DNA from: Cycas panzhihuaensis
Taxonomy: Eukaryota; Plantae; Cycadophyta
Length of the DNA: 64,000 bases
Direction of reading: 5' to 3'
Assembly (NCBI GenBank): GCA_023213395.1
Contig: CM041465.1
Span: 245,961,741 to 246,025,740, forward strand
The first letter of the stretch is position 1. The number at the start of each line of letters is the position of its first letter. The position numbers were made by a program, and so were the translations under genes. Shown one piece after another: positions 1-21,061 of the stretch. The notes below the pieces were generated by a model. It worked only from the letters and a program-made list of their open reading frames with translations. It was not told where the DNA came from and searched no databases.

Positions 1-1825
1 AAATCTATTGGAATAACTGTTTGAATAGTTACCAGAGAAATAATGCAAATGTACTAGAGCAAATGTACTAATAGCATTATTTTTTTTTTCTCTCTTATAC
101 CAAATAGAGAAAATGTACTGAGATTATATATGGCTTTAACTTATCAGTTCTATTTGCCCAACCCAATTAGATTGGGTAGTATGAGCACCAATTTCAACGG
201 AAGATATCCTATTCGCATAAGTACACCAATGAGGATCTGTAGTTAGAAGCTATTAAAGGCTGTAATGATGGCCAAGAGGGAGTATTTGCCCAACTAAAGG
301 AATCAATAAGATAGATTCTTTTATGACACAGTAATGAAATATATAATAGCTTTATTTTTCTTCTGAATGTAAACCATGCAACAGGCTATAAAGGAGAGAT
401 CTGGCTCATCAGATCTCACCACCACACAGGCTCTCATGGCCTATATTCAAAATGGAGTAAATGTAAAATATAACGGGGAAATATTTAAAATATACATATT
501 TATATAAAATATAAAAGACCTAGATCTCCCTCTAGAGGAGTATTGTGTTTTGGCTATAATTTTTTTCTTTAAATTTAAATGATTGGTCTGTACCTTATGA
601 ATATGAAAGAGTATCCCAATATGGAGAATGAAGGCAAGAACCAGATCTTTTAGATATATCGATGAAAATATATTAAATAAATAAAAACTATATATATTTA
701 TATTTGAAATCTTTCAAGTATACTAGAGCAAATATATCAAAGAACCAAGAAATATATATGTTTAAATTTGAATATAAAAATAAGAAGAACTTGGTAATGT
801 AGCTGTAACAGGTTTGAAGAAGAATGACTTTAGAGCGTAAGAACTTCTTCCAAAATGGTCAAAACTTCGAACGGATTTCTCCAGTAGATAGATTGGCTAT
901 AGTATAACTTTTCCAAGAAGCTTGTTAGCATAAATATAAACCTAATATTACACAGATCTGAGAAAAAATATTGAATAAATGGACCAAATATACAAAAAAC
1001 GGTCAAATATTTAACAAAATATGTAGATCTAGAGAAAATATTGCATAGATCTAGAGAAAATATTAAGTAAATAGATAAAATACACTAGAAATGGTCAAAT
1101 ATATAACAAAATATATAGATCTTATTGATAAAACTTTGTAGAGTGATAAAACTTTGAATATTTGTTGATTACAGCTATGATCCTGCAAAGATCTAAAAAA
1201 AATTTATTATTTCACAAGTATAAATCAAGAATAATTAGATTTTGATGAAAATAATACAAGAAACTATTGAAAAACTTTGTAGAAGATAAATATAACCAAT
1301 ATTTGGCTTACTGTGAGTAGATCTGCTACAGATGCTAATGGATCTTCTTTCTCCTCAAAAAAACTTTAACAGGCCAACAACCTGAGTAACAGACTAGCAA
1401 TCTAAGCAACAGGGCATCAATCTTTGGCTCTAATACCAAATGAAGGAGTTGAAGAAGCTTAGATAACAAATGAAGGAACATATAATGATGGAGATAGAGT
1501 AGAGCATAATCACATAGTCGAAAACATTGTTGTATAAACACATAAACCATTTTATTCAATCCATGATGAGTGAGTACATAACAAATCTCTAAATATAGGT
1601 GGTGTCTAAAAACACCAGGGTTACACACCCCTCCAAATATATAATTTATGGGAGGAGGGAAACACCTCAACCCCTAGAATTTAAATAATAATAAAATATT
1701 ACATAACTTAACTCAAATCAACTTAACTTAAAATAACTTTAACCTTACCTTACATTTACCTTCATATGTGAGCATCTACATGTGTAAATTGGTAGGAGTG
1801 GGGTGATGATCATTAACCCCCAACA
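1..1825 (-). mobile_element. 5' part of an LTR retroelement: 5' LTR 1441-1825, PBS 1426-1438 and non-coding leader running off the window
   Basis: On the minus strand the LTR reads TGTTGGGG...CTTCA and is followed by tt-TGGTATTAGAGCC (tRNA-iMet PBS). It is clearly similar to the LTRs at 19166-19605 and 21062-21488. It interrupts a Copia RT at 1825/1826. Confidence 0.8.
954..1122. repeat. Imperfect short tandem duplication (about 70-100 bp units beginning AGATCT) in the element leader
   Basis: agatct..gaaaatatt..aaat..ggtcaaatat..aacaaaatat recurs twice, with a partial third copy. Confidence 0.55.
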
Positions 1826-3710
1826 ACTTTTACACCAGTCTTAAAGATGACTATAGTCAAATCGATCCCTTCAGTTGTAGCTAAATTTGAATGAGAGATA
1901 TATCATATAGATGTAAAGTCTGCATTCCTTAATGGTGAACTAAAGGAGGAGATTTATATGGTACAACCTCCTAGTTTTATTGAGGAAGGATGTGAACAAT
2001 TTATATACCATTAAAAAAAATCTTTATATGGTCTAAATCAAATACCTCAAGTATGGTTTACAAAGATTGATGCAACCTTAAAGGATAAAGGATTTATTAT
2101 GATATATTTTGAGCCAAATTTATATATCAAGAAGATTAGTTTATCTATTGTGATGATTATTCTATATGTCAATGATTTGATCATTATAGGGAGTTATCAT
2201 GAGGAGATTATGGTGATGAAAGCATACCTATAGGAGAATTTTGATATGATAGATATGGGGCTCATTCATTACATTTTAGGCATTGAGATTAGATAACTAA
2301 AAGATAAGATATTGATGTCATAGAGGACATATGCTAAATTATTGCTTGAGAAGTTCAGGATAAAGGATTATAAACCTGCAAGAACATTGGTTGTTAAAGG
2401 CATAAAACTTTTGAAGGATATAAAAAAGCCTATAGTTTGTAGAACACTATATAGAAGTGTTATAAGGAGTCTAATTTATTTAATTTATACTAGGCCTGCC
2501 ATTTCTTATGTTGTTGGATTGGTCTCTTAATATATGTGGAATCCTCAAGAGCCATATTGGGCTATAGTCAAAAGGATTTTGAGATATTTGAAAGGTTCTC
2601 TAAATCTTGGTTTAGAGTATTTGAGAGATGGTGATCTATGATTACAAGGATATACAAATATTGATTGGGGTAGTGACACTAATGATAGAAAATCTACCGT
2701 ATGATACATGTTTGGTATTAGTGGTGGATCAATATCATGGTAATAAAAAAATAATAGACTATTGCATTATCTTCTACTGAGACAAAGTGCTAAGGACTCT
2801 TAGTGGATGCTTATAAAGTAGTTTGGTTGAAAGGAATGCTAGAAGTTCTTGACATTCAAAGTAGCATAACAACTATCTTTGTGGATAATCAAAGTACCAT
2901 TCAACTATTAAACAATACTAAGTTTTATACTAGAACCAAATATATTAAGATACAACATGACTATATTAAGGAGATGGTTATAGTAGGGAAGTTGATTATG
3001 GAATATTATCCAAATAAAGAATAACTAGTAGATATTTTTATAAAGTCACTTACTAAAGATTATTTTACAAGGATCTACATCAAATTGGGACTATGCAATC
3101 TTTCCCTTAAGGGGGGATAAATCTGCAAGGCCAACAGTCACTTGTCTTGAAGGTTATATATGACACAATTATTTTCTATAATTGCATATTGAGTCCTTAA
3201 CCTGTATTTACATTAAGATGAGATGTTATTGACTATGGTTAATATTAATACATAATAAAGTTAATGCTTCATTCAGCAATAAGTGGTAGAAACTAAGAAT
3301 GATATACAAAGAGTTACAAGTATCGATATTTGAAGGGACATAGAGGATTGAGATATGAAGGGGCATGAGTATCAAAGTTCGAAGGGACATAACCATTTAA
3401 AAGAGTCTTAAACCTTTTTGAAGAGTCACAACTCTTCATGTTTGTACCCTTTGGATTATTTATAATGGATCTAAGATAGGATAGAATAGAAGTGAGAAGG
3501 AAATAATGTAATCATTGGTGTATCTAATCAATCATTATCAATTACTTTGTGTGTGGGTTTTTCTCCTAAAAGAGTTTTCCATACTAAAACTTGTGTATTC
3601 TATGTTTATTCTTTTATTTAATTTCCATGTATGCTATGCAAAACTAGCAAAGATCTGACATGAATTCTGCATGGCATTAGGGCAAGCCTAATCATGCCTA
3701 AATTCTCACA
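1826..3710 (+). mobile_element. Ty1/Copia 3' half: RT-RNase H pseudogene 1826-~3105 and 3' LTR ~3224-3710
   Basis: Translates to [40 protein letters not shown] (YVDD motif), YRSVIRSLIYLIYTRPAISYVVG and VDNQSTI..TRTKYIKIQHDYIKE, with many stops. A degraded PPT (cattaagatgaga) precedes TGTTATTG; the LTR ends AATTCTCACA. Confidence 0.85.
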
Positions 3711-10073
<6,363 letters not shown>

Positions 10074-10946
10074 GAACTAAAAAGGGGTTTTGAAAAATGT
10101 ATAGATTAGGTGAGGCATGAGATGTAGGTCCTCATTAAAGTGACTATAGGTCAAAATGGAAGGTATATAGTACACAATGTTAAAAATTGCAAGGGTAGAG
10201 ATGAGGAGAGAAACCCTCAACCTAAAACGAGGGATGGCAATCCTCCATACTTGCTAGCCACTTAGGGTTCCCAAAAACCCTCATTTAATCTCTAAATAAA
10301 GATCCTACTATATGATTTTAGGAAAGAAATAGAAGTACATATATTGTTGAGCAAGATCAAGTTGGCATTTAAGGTCCAACATATTGTTGATTAAGAGGAG
10401 AAGTTAAATTTTACCTTGTAACACCTAGATGGGGTAACCCATATATGTAGAGACTAATGGATCTTATAAAACCATAGAGGGGGCTTCAACAAGTTTGTAT
10501 TTGTAATAACTTAGAGGGCATATTAAAATTGGGATGAATTGCATATGTCTAACTCATGTACCTATTCCAAGAAAATATGTTGATAGAGTATATATAGAAA
10601 TTCTAGATTCTGGAGTTAAAGGCCAAGATTTTATTAGATCTAGGCCAAAAGATATTCATTTATAACCTATAGTTAGAAATTTAAATTAAGGTAAGCATGT
10701 TTGAGATAAAAACCTTGGAAAAAGATATCAATATGGTTGGAAGGATATAAATCTATCTAGAAGCTATTAAGAAGTATATTTTGAGGTATGATAAGAAGCA
10801 AGTTTTATGGTCTATTCTTGATAAGAGAAACAAAGAGGAGGAAAGGTCTAAGACCTCCTAGATTAAAAGCCTTAGTTGCCAATCTTCCAAAAAATCTTGT
10901 CCATCTAGCGCAAATCTCTGTTGAAGGTGTTCTCAATGATAAAGTA

Positions 10947-13900
10947 TATTAAAATAAGGATCATAATTACTCCAATACCATGTTAAAATATAAAAGATAT
11001 AATAATAATAAACTCATGAGTATGTACACATAGTAAATTGATCAACATAACTATCAAATATCAAACATGTAAAGTAAGCACTATAAGATAGACACCAAGA
11101 TTTATATGTGGAAAATCCATTGCAAGAAAAACCATGAGAGAAGGTGGAGTTAGGATTTTACTTGTGATCATAAGGTTTACATATTTCTCCTCTCTCTATT
11201 GTCAAATTCTCAAGTGGTGAGTATACGTATAAATAGTAAGATCACCTCATGAGTACCTTATCAAATATAAAGAGCCATTACATCATCCAATAAAGAGTTA
11301 GCATGGTTATGTGTGCATCTTATATATCTTAAAGAAGGTGAATGGTGGAAAGTATAGGTGTATAATAAACCTACATTAAACATTATATTTTAACACTCCA
11401 CCATAATGCTTAATGCACTTGAATATTGATCTTAAGTCTTGTAGACTTTATATCTTTAACCTGTATGCTAGAACCAATATCCTATAACTGTAACCTATAT
11501 CATATATCCTATATGTAGTATCACCTATAATAATATGCTTGTCTCCATCAAACATTAACCTATATAAAATTAACATAAATGGAATGTTTTATACACATCT
11601 TTATATCTTCACTCGTATGACTACTTTCAATCAATATTAAGTTGGATGATCAACATTCGATTAACCATCAAATCAATAATCAAGCAAAATGATATCTAAT
11701 TCTATATAAAATAATATCCATTTACCAAAATATATGGGTGACCAATTATTATAATTACTAGTTCTCTAGGAAATTACTTCAAATATATGGTTCATCATTC
11801 TTCTAAATTACTTGTAAGACCAACATAATTAAGTGTGTTGTGTCAAAGTAGCATCAGCTGGATCAAGTCAACAACTAAACTTAGCTAAGGCGAGTTAACT
11901 ATAACAAGGTAAATTATACTCTAATTAAGTAACATTGATAGCTAGGTGGATCATAAAATCTGCTTCAATAACTAGGTGATCTGTATGTTTAGTTAGGGGT
12001 TTTTCCATCCTCTAAACCAAATGTGATGTTGTAAAGGGGCAAATGAACAACCATCATATTAAGGATATCTCATGTCATAAATTCATAAAGTGTTTTACTT
12101 AATAAAAGTTTTTCAACTGAAATAGGCCTCAAAATATCATAAATGAGCCTTAAAATGTTTATTTTTAAACCAAACTTTAATTTTCATCCATTATTCCTAA
12201 AAAATAACATAACTATCATATCTAGAGCCATAGAAAACATTAGAATTGGCTAAACGTTTCTTGAAAATAGATATACAATTCATCCAAAATGAGTTTTGGA
12301 GCTATTGCATCAACTTTACCATTAAATTTCTCTATAATCTACTACCCAAGTCAAGTTGTGTACCACTCATTTTGACTATTTTGAAGTTTACTTTCCAATG
12401 CAATAGACAACACCTAATTTTGACACATAAGTGATGGGATATCAATAAAATATGCTAGTGACCTATGGAAAAGTGCATATTTTTTAAGAAAACAGTGATA
12501 GAACTAAAACTTTATTAAATTCCAAATATGAATTTTAGAAAATAAAAAATCATCCAATTTAATTTATAGTAATTTAATATCTTCCCCCTTGAGGATTAAC
12601 CCTTGATCATATGGGCTCTCCATATGACTGCCTCTTGAGATCTAAGGGGCTAAACTCAGATCTAAAAATTATGTAGTATGATTAAATGTGGAAATTTTTT
12701 TAGGGTTTCAAAAATATCAAACTATAAATTCATCATCCATTTACATATATTAATTCTACAAAACATCCTTCATCGAGGTCACAATTATGATATGAGTTGC
12801 AACTTAGGCATAGTGCAATCTGAGCTTTCGACTGCCATACTTCTCTTCCTAGAAAATATATGACTAGGTCTAACATCTGATATGCATTTGGCCTCCATGC
12901 AAAACAAAACTTGTAATGACTTTATATAGGAGAAATCTAGTTGATGATTCCTCAGATTAGAGGTTTCCTATAAATAATTATCAATCATATTAAGAGGTTT
13001 AGTATGGTGTGAGCAACATGCAAGTTTGGGCATGAGACATAATGCTTAATGTGTTTGCTTCATATAGGTTCTTTCTATGGAGGATTTAATTCACCATAGC
13101 TAAGCACAAATAAGGGCATCATGAGATGGTAGGGGCAAATGTAATATGAAGGTCATGCTCCATTTTCATATATAACAAGTGGCAAGTATGGAATAGAGGT
13201 GTAACAATAAACATGCTGTAATTAATAGACCTATTCCCTATAGCGTATGTCTATGAGTAGGTTACATGTAACTTATCTAGCAGAGAGGGTTATATGTATA
13301 GTTGGAACATGGGTGATTTCGGCTAAATGCTTCTCTATTTCTTCTTTATAAGGCATGGTGACATATTTTCCTTTAACTATTATCTAGGCAGGATAACCAA
13401 GGAGTGTGAGCTCTACAAATGTTGCAACTAAATGATCGTGGCATAGAACTATGGCTAGTGGGTAAATAACATGACTATGTGTTTAGATCTATAGTTTTTA
13501 TCCATTATTCCCATTGAGGTTTTATGTTTGATATAGTGGCCAGATGCTTCTAACATAAAAACCTCTAATGTAATATTTCCTTCAGTTGAGTTCATCTCCA
13601 AAATATCTTAAGAATGATGCCCTAGGTGTAATTTGGCAAGCTAGGGCTTTGATTATTCCTGGTAAACTAACACATTCAAATCTTTGACAATAATCTCATA
13701 CCATTGTATGGAAAATTTTCATGACATAATCAAATAATTTATTTATATGTATGCCATGCATTGATTCAAAGTAGCCTAATATATAATCAAACCATTCAAC
13801 ATGTAAATTCATTATGCCATCATCATAAGTTTTGACATTTCATCATTGATAGATAAATAGTCATGGTCCATAAACAATTCATGCCATGTATATGTAAATT

Positions 13901-14920
13901 ATCCATATACTATAATAAAAACATTACCCTTATAAACATGTAATTTATTGTAATTATTGCATGCCATATACCTTTTATATTGTCATTAAGACACATATCA
14001 ATATGTTGTTATACATGCCTATTGAACTAACTGATGGAGTAAATGCTACATTTTGGCAGTGAATCTCATTATGAGATACTAAAAAATGCTTCTAGAATGA
14101 TCCATGAGTGATAGTGAATCCATTAATAGACACTCACAAAAGCCTTCACTTATGGACTAAATATAATATGTTATGGACTATTATGAATACTTGCATGCTA
14201 TATGTATATAGTGCGCTTACATGCATAAATGAATGATTGTCCACAATAAAAATTATAGATCAATATACCATCGATATCTACTATATCTACTGTATACAAC
14301 TTGACTAGCTTCATGTGCCCTGTAATCTATCACACATATCACTGGCATATGTATAATATAGCTTATCAAAAAATACCTTATATCTAGCTCTTTCCATGGG
14401 CTTGATAGGCTTGATTGACATGATCTTCACCTTACCATAGTGGCTTGGATTCAACTCTATTCTAATATTATATTAAAATAGGGATCAAAATTACTCTAAT
14501 ACCATGTTAAAATATGAAAGATGCAATAGTAATAAACTCATGAGTATGTATACATAGTGAATTAATCAACATAACTATTAAACATCAAATACATAAAGCA
14601 AACACCACAAGATGGACACTAAGATTTATACATGGAAAACCCATGTGGGAAAAACCATGAAAGAAGGTGGAGCTAGGACTGCACTTATGATCATAAGGTT
14701 TATATATTTCTCCTCTCTCCTTTATAAAGTTCTTAAGTAGTGAGTGTACATATATATAGTGAGATCACCTCATGAGTAGCATATTAAATGTAATGAACCT
14801 TTATATCATCTAATAAAGAGATATCATGGATATATATATGTATCTCACATATTTTGAAGTAGGTCAATGGTGGGAAGTATAGGTTTAAAATAAACACACA
14901 TTAAACATTATGTTCTAATA
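10947..14920 (-). mobile_element. Non-autonomous 4 kb LTR element (LARD/TR-GAG-like), copy 1: 3' LTR 10947-11395, 5' LTR 14471-14920
   Basis: Direct repeats of about 450 bp. TSD AAGTA/GAGTA. Degraded PBS 14459-14470 and PPT near 11396-11402. No pol motifs. Confidence 0.85.
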
Positions 14921-17391
14921 GAGTAGGGGGGACATACCTGTAACCCTAAAAAATAATATATGGTTAAAGATTTATATCTGTTCAAGTCTAAGTCTTAACT
15001 TGATAATGGCACCCTTCAATAACTTAAAGTTAAGTGTGAACTTTAGGATCAAAGCCCACTTGTAGTAGAAATAAGAAAGTGAATAGTGTCTCTTATTGTG
15101 ATGATTACATTAGACTACTTACACACCTTAAATTTTTTAGCCATTTCCTAAATGTTAGGGTATTGGTCATGATAGACCTTGAGAGTATACTTAACATTTG
15201 AGGCAAAATATAAGTTTGTAGATTAGGTCTTACTCTAGATATATATGAAAGATTTCCTATCTAAATATTATGCCATTAAAGCCTTTTTCATTTAAGAAAG
15301 GGGGCTATGAGTATACTAGTCAATTCTTGGCTCTAGAAAAGATTAAGATAGTTGACTCTAGTTGGATGAATAAAATTTTAAGGAAAGGTCACTTTGAGTT
15401 TATGGCTCATCTATATTGCATGTATACAAACCTCAATGACCTCAATAAGACCAAGTCTTAAGGATCCTAAAACTACTCTAAAAGCATAAGGTCATTTTTC
15501 AAGACTTACGCAAGGGATTATCACTAGACAAAGAATTGGAATATATCATCGAGCTTGATCAATTAAAGGTCTTATAGTACTTTACCCTTACAGATATGGA
15601 CATTGTTAGAAATAAAAGGTCGAGAGGCTTGTATAATGGTTATTTGAAATAGGAATTATTGTTCTAAGAAAGAGCCACCTGTGATGCACTAGTTATCCTA
15701 GCTAGGAATAATGATGAGTCCTATTGTCTTCATATTATTTATTATAGGGAACTGAGTCACTTAACAATAAAAAAGTAAATTCTAATGACTTGTTGGTTGA
15801 GCTACATGGGGTCAAGTATTTCTATAAGGGTGACCTTTTATTAGGGAACTATTAGGTCCTAATTTGGTTCTAATATTCAGAGAAGATAATCTTTTAGACT
15901 CATTAGGGTTGTTATTAGTTCTAATTAGTGCCTTTTGGGTTTTGCAATACTCTAACTATATTCCATGCATTAATGAACAAGGTGTTTGGTAAGTTCCTCC
16001 ATGAATTTATCCTTATATTTTTTTATAACATCTTAATTTATAATAGATTATTAACATCCCATTTGGAGCATTTAAATATTAAACTTAATATCTTTAGCCA
16101 AAGAGAAGTTGTATACCAAAGAATCTAAGTGTGAAGTCACTAGGATATTCTATAGTATCTTAGCCACATCATTTCAATAGAAGGTATACATATATATCCT
16201 ATTAAGATTAAGGTAATATTTGAATGGCCTATTCTTAAATCTCTTAAGAAGCTTTATGGGTTCTTAGGATTAGTGGGATTTTACCATAGATTTATAAGAA
16301 ATTTCTCCTCTATAGCTTAGCCCTTGACTAACTTTACTAAGAAGGATGTTTTTATTAGTATATGGAGGTATAAAAATCCATTGATGAACTTAAAGAGGGA
16401 TTCATTTCCATCCCAATGTTAACTACCCCTAATTTCTCAAAGTCTATTATTATTAAATGTGTGATACCTCTTGATTTGGATTGTGTGTCATACTTGCATA
16501 AGGGAAAGGTGTATGTCTACTTAAAGTAAATAGAGGTTATAAATTTTGCATGTAATGGATAAGTTATATCCATTTCCATTATAGACCAAGTTCTTTATCA
16601 AAAATGACCACCTCAACTTGAAATAATTTCTGACTTAGGGGACACTTATAAAAGAGCAATACAAATGTATTGATTGATTGTAGACCTATGACTTTGAAAT
16701 CATATATAAGAAGGAGAAGGAGAATGTGCTGGCAAATGCTTTATCATGCCAAGATGAGACTCCTATTTTTAATTACATCTTTGCTAACTAACCCTATTAA
16801 TTAGAGGATCTTCTTTAGGACTATAAAAGTGATTATGCTACACTCCCACTTAGAGAAGATATCATAAATGGAAGGGAGGGGAAGGCTTAGTCAATCGGGA
16901 ATGGTACTATCTTCTTTAGAGATTGTGCCTACTTTAGAAACGACTGTCCTCTTATTTAGAAGGAACTTGAACATGGATATATATCTCCTTATGTAAGGTA
17001 TGTTGGATGTTAAAAAACATATAAGAATATAAGGTCTAAATTCTATTAGTAGAATATGAAAATGGAAAATTTAAAGTTTGTTATTAAGTAGGATACTTGT
17101 TAGCATAATAAAATGGAAGTAATTTACTGCTAAGACTTCTTTAGCCAAATTCCATTCCTAATCAGAAGGAATTCTTATCATCTATGCTTGATAAGAGAAA
17201 AAAAGAGGATGAAAGGTCTAAGGCCTCCTAGACTAAAAGCCTTAGTTGTCAATCTTCCAAAAAATCTAATCCATCTAGCACAAATCTCTATTGAAGGTGT
17301 TCTCAATCCTAGAGTATGTTAAAATAAGGATCAAAATTGCTCTGATACCATGTTAAAATATAAAAGATACAATAATAATGAACTCATGAGT

Positions 17392-17393
<2 letters not shown>

Positions 17394-17464
<71 letters not shown>
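17394..17464. repeat. (AT)~35 microsatellite inside an LTR
   Basis: Directly visible; absent from the five homologous LTRs. Confidence 0.97.
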
Positions 17465-17467
<3 letters not shown>

Positions 17468-20285
17468 AATTGATCAACATAACTATCAAATATCAAACAT
17501 GTAAAGTAAGTACTATAAGATAGACACCAAGATTTATATGTGGAAAACCCATTGTGGGAAACACCACGAGAGAAGGTGGAGTTAGGATTTTACTTATGAT
17601 CATAAGGTTTACATATTTCTCCTCTCTCCTTTGTCAAATTCTTAAGTGCTGAGTATACATATAAATAGTGAGATCACCTCATAAGTAGCTTATCAAATGT
17701 AAAGAGCTATTACATCATACAATAAAGAGACATCATGGATATGTGTGCATCGCACATATCACAAAGTAGGTAAATGGTGAAAAGTATAGGTGTATAATAA
17801 ATCTATATTAAACATTATGTTTTCACACCCCCACCCCCCCCGCCTCCCCACCCCAATAATGTTTAATGTCCTTGAATCTTGATCTTAAGTCATGTAGTCT
17901 TCATATCTTTAACCTGTATGCTGGAACCTATATCCTATAATTATAACATATATCATATATCCTATATGTAGTATCACCTGTAATAATATGCTTATCTCCA
18001 TCAAACATTAGCCTACACAAAATTAACATAAATAAAGTATTTTATGTACATCTCTATATCTTCATTTGTATGACTACCTTCAATCAATATTAAGTTGGAT
18101 GATCAACATTTATTTAACCATCAAATCAATAATCAAGTAAAATGATATCTGAGTCTATATAAAATAATATCCATCTACCAAAATATATAGGTGAGCAACT
18201 ATTGTAATTGCTAGTTCTCTAGGAAATTACTTTAAATACATGGTTCATCATTCTCCCAAATTTCTTGTAAGACCAACACAATTGAGTATGTTGTGTCAAA
18301 GTAGCATTAACTAGATCAAGTCAACAATTGAATCTTATCTTGAAGAATTAACTCTAGGAATAGACCAAACTACCTAGCTAAGGCAAGTTAACTATAATAA
18401 GGTAAATTATACTCTAATTAAGTAACATTGATAGCTAGGTGGATCATAAAATCTACTTTAATAACCAGGTGATTTGTACGTTTAGTTAGGGGTTTTTCCA
18501 TCCATTAAACCAAATGTGATGTTGTGAAGGGGGAAATAACCAACCATCATATCAAGGATATCTCATGTCATAAATTCATAAAGTGTTTCACTTAATAAAA
18601 GTTTTTCCAATTGAAATGGGCCTCAAAATATCATAAATGAGCCTTAAAATGTTTGATTTTAAGCCAAGCTTTAATTTTCATCCATTATTCCTAAAAAATA
18701 ATGTTACTATCATATTTGTAGCCATAACATTACATTAGAATTAGCTAAAAGTTTCCTAAAAATAGATATAGAATTCATCTAGAATGAGGTTTAAAGCTAT
18801 TGCATCAACTTTATCATTAAATTTCTTTATTATTTGATATCCAAACTAGGACGTGTACCACTCGTTTTGACTATCTTGAAGTCTACTTTTGAATGCAATA
18901 GACGACACCTAATTCTGACATACAAGTGATGGGATATCAATAAAAATGTGTTTGCGACCTATGGAAAAGTACATAATCCTTAAGAAAATGGTGACAGAAC
19001 TGAAATTTTATTAAATGCCAAATATAAATTTTAGAAAATAAAAAATCATCTAATTCAATTTATAGTAATTTAAAGTTTGCTCCATTGAGGATTAACCCCT
19101 AATCATATGGGCTCTCCATATGATTGCCTATTAAGATGTAAGGGACTAAACTCTGATATAAAAAATGTTGGAGTTAATCGTCATCACTCTACTCCCACCT
19201 TCCAACCAGGATTGTACACCTCATCAACCTCATTTTACACATGTGGGTGCTCAACATGTGTAGGTAAGTTAAGGTAAGTTTAATGTTGATTTAAGTTAAT
19301 TTGAGTTAGTTTTCATTTGAGTTAAGTTATCATTATTTTATTATTAATTTAAATTTTAGGGATTGAGGAGTTTCCCTCCTTCCCCAAAATTATAAATATT
19401 GAGGGGTGTGCAACCTTGGTGTCTTTAGATACTACTCTTATTTGAGAAATTTGTATTACTTATTTCTCACAATATGGCTTGAATATAATGCTTTCATGGT
19501 TTATGCTACATTGCAACATTGATGTATTTAAGATTTGTATTGATGTATTGATCTATTGAAGTTTATTCTATGTTCTGTCATGTTCTCCTACATTATTTTC
19601 CATCATTTGGTATTAGAGCATTTGAGCCTATATTTTATTTTCCTATATTTTTACATCATTCTACAAATCTTTTATTAGCATTTTTATACATTTTTTAGCT
19701 TCATACTCTTATTATATCTTAAAAAGAGGCCTGTACCTTTGATTTATCAAAATTTAACTTATAGGAACCTGTTTTCAAAATGGTTAGTTCCATTGAAAAC
19801 ATATTTTATTAATCTTCATACTGGTGAAGTTTCACCTTATTCTGATATCATTTAGTGTACTTTTGAAGTAGTCAAACTTAAGGTTATCCTCTAAACCTTC
19901 TTTTAAAAGGTTTCTTCATACACCTTATCTTTCAAAGTAAAATATACATATAGTTTAGTTTTTTTTTTTAGCATTATATATTATCATCAAGGCTAAGGAT
20001 TTATTGCATTAAGAGTTTACATTTATTCATTTGAAGAATCAAAGGTTAAGAATTCTTTACTTTTCATCATCAAAGTTTATTCGAAAAGCATACTTCTTAA
20101 AAAGCTTTTTTTATCATTATTTAAAGGATCATTTCCTTATTGTGCCTAGTTGATTGACTTTCTAAAGGGTATTACATGTCTTTTCAAATATGTTTAACTA
20201 AAATTACATCATATAAGTTTATCATTTATTGACTTTTTGATTTGGTAAAAGCATACCTTTTATGTACTAAAGTTTTCTTGATAAG

Positions 20286-21061
20286 ATGGTACAATTTCCT
20301 ATATTCAATGGGCAAAAATTTTCACAATGGTATAGAACTATGCTAGATTATTTTATTGAACATGATCTTATGAAATATTTACAATATGAATGTGATCTAA
20401 GTATTAAAGAAGATTTTAGAAAGGACAATGAAGCATTAGGTTTATTATTTTGCACTATGAATGATGATGTTTTTTGAAAGGTTTGTGAATTAACTACTTC
20501 TAAATCAGTTTAGGATGTATAGATTTCCACTTATGGGGGAGATACACTCTATGTATTTGATGATATTTTTGATGAGCATATGAGACATGTGACAAAACAA
20601 GTGAATCATAATGACAACACCCATGAAGATTCAAATCAAATGCAAGACCAACTTACTGTACAAGTACCTGATCCTCCCTTTGAGAGGGAGAATGAATCTT
20701 ATGACATGATGGGGAATGAATCATATGATATGATGAAGAATGGATCCTATGATATGATAAAGAATGAACCTGGTGATATGATAGTTGTTCATAGCATAAA
20801 GACTACAAAAGATAAAGTTCAAGTTTAAAGCCTTCTTAATGTTCTAATTGATAAAGTCAAAATTATAGCTATTCATCTACATTTGAATCAAGTTTCATCT
20901 ACTTATATTTTTTTTGCATCACTCCTTGGTAAAGAGATATATTTTTCAAGAAGGTTAAACCAAGTTGATAAAGATCAAAATTTTGAAGTTTTTTTCAAAT
21001 ACAAGTTCCATAAGTTCAAGGAGAAGATACAAGTGTTTGTGATGACCATTAAGGGGGAGCA
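20286..21061 (+). pseudogene. Single-frame decayed ORF: Copia Gag N-terminus, acidic/repeat linker and RNase H C-terminus-like tail
   Basis: ORFs starting at 20286, 20580 and 20883 share one frame and are separated only by stops. Translation: PIFNGQKFSQW..KDNEALGLLFCTMNDDVF*KVCELTTSKSV*D, ending KYKFHKFKEKIQV before the PPT. Confidence 0.75.
20691..20782 (+). repeat. 24-bp in-frame tandem repeat, about 4 copies (NESYDMMG/NESYDMMK/NGSYDMIK/NEPGDMIV)
   Basis: aatgaatcttatgacatgatgggg-type unit repeated. Confidence 0.85.

Noticed and set aside
1335-1670. 111-aa ORF
   Set aside because: It spans an LTR and PBS and has no recognisable domain; likely a chance ORF.
10947-10980. Initial reading as a three-LTR tandem array (3' LTR followed by a PBS and a truncated internal region)
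   Set aside because: The GAGTA TSD and a repeated TGTTAAAATA terminus show that the PBS-containing 34 nt belong to the LTR itself.
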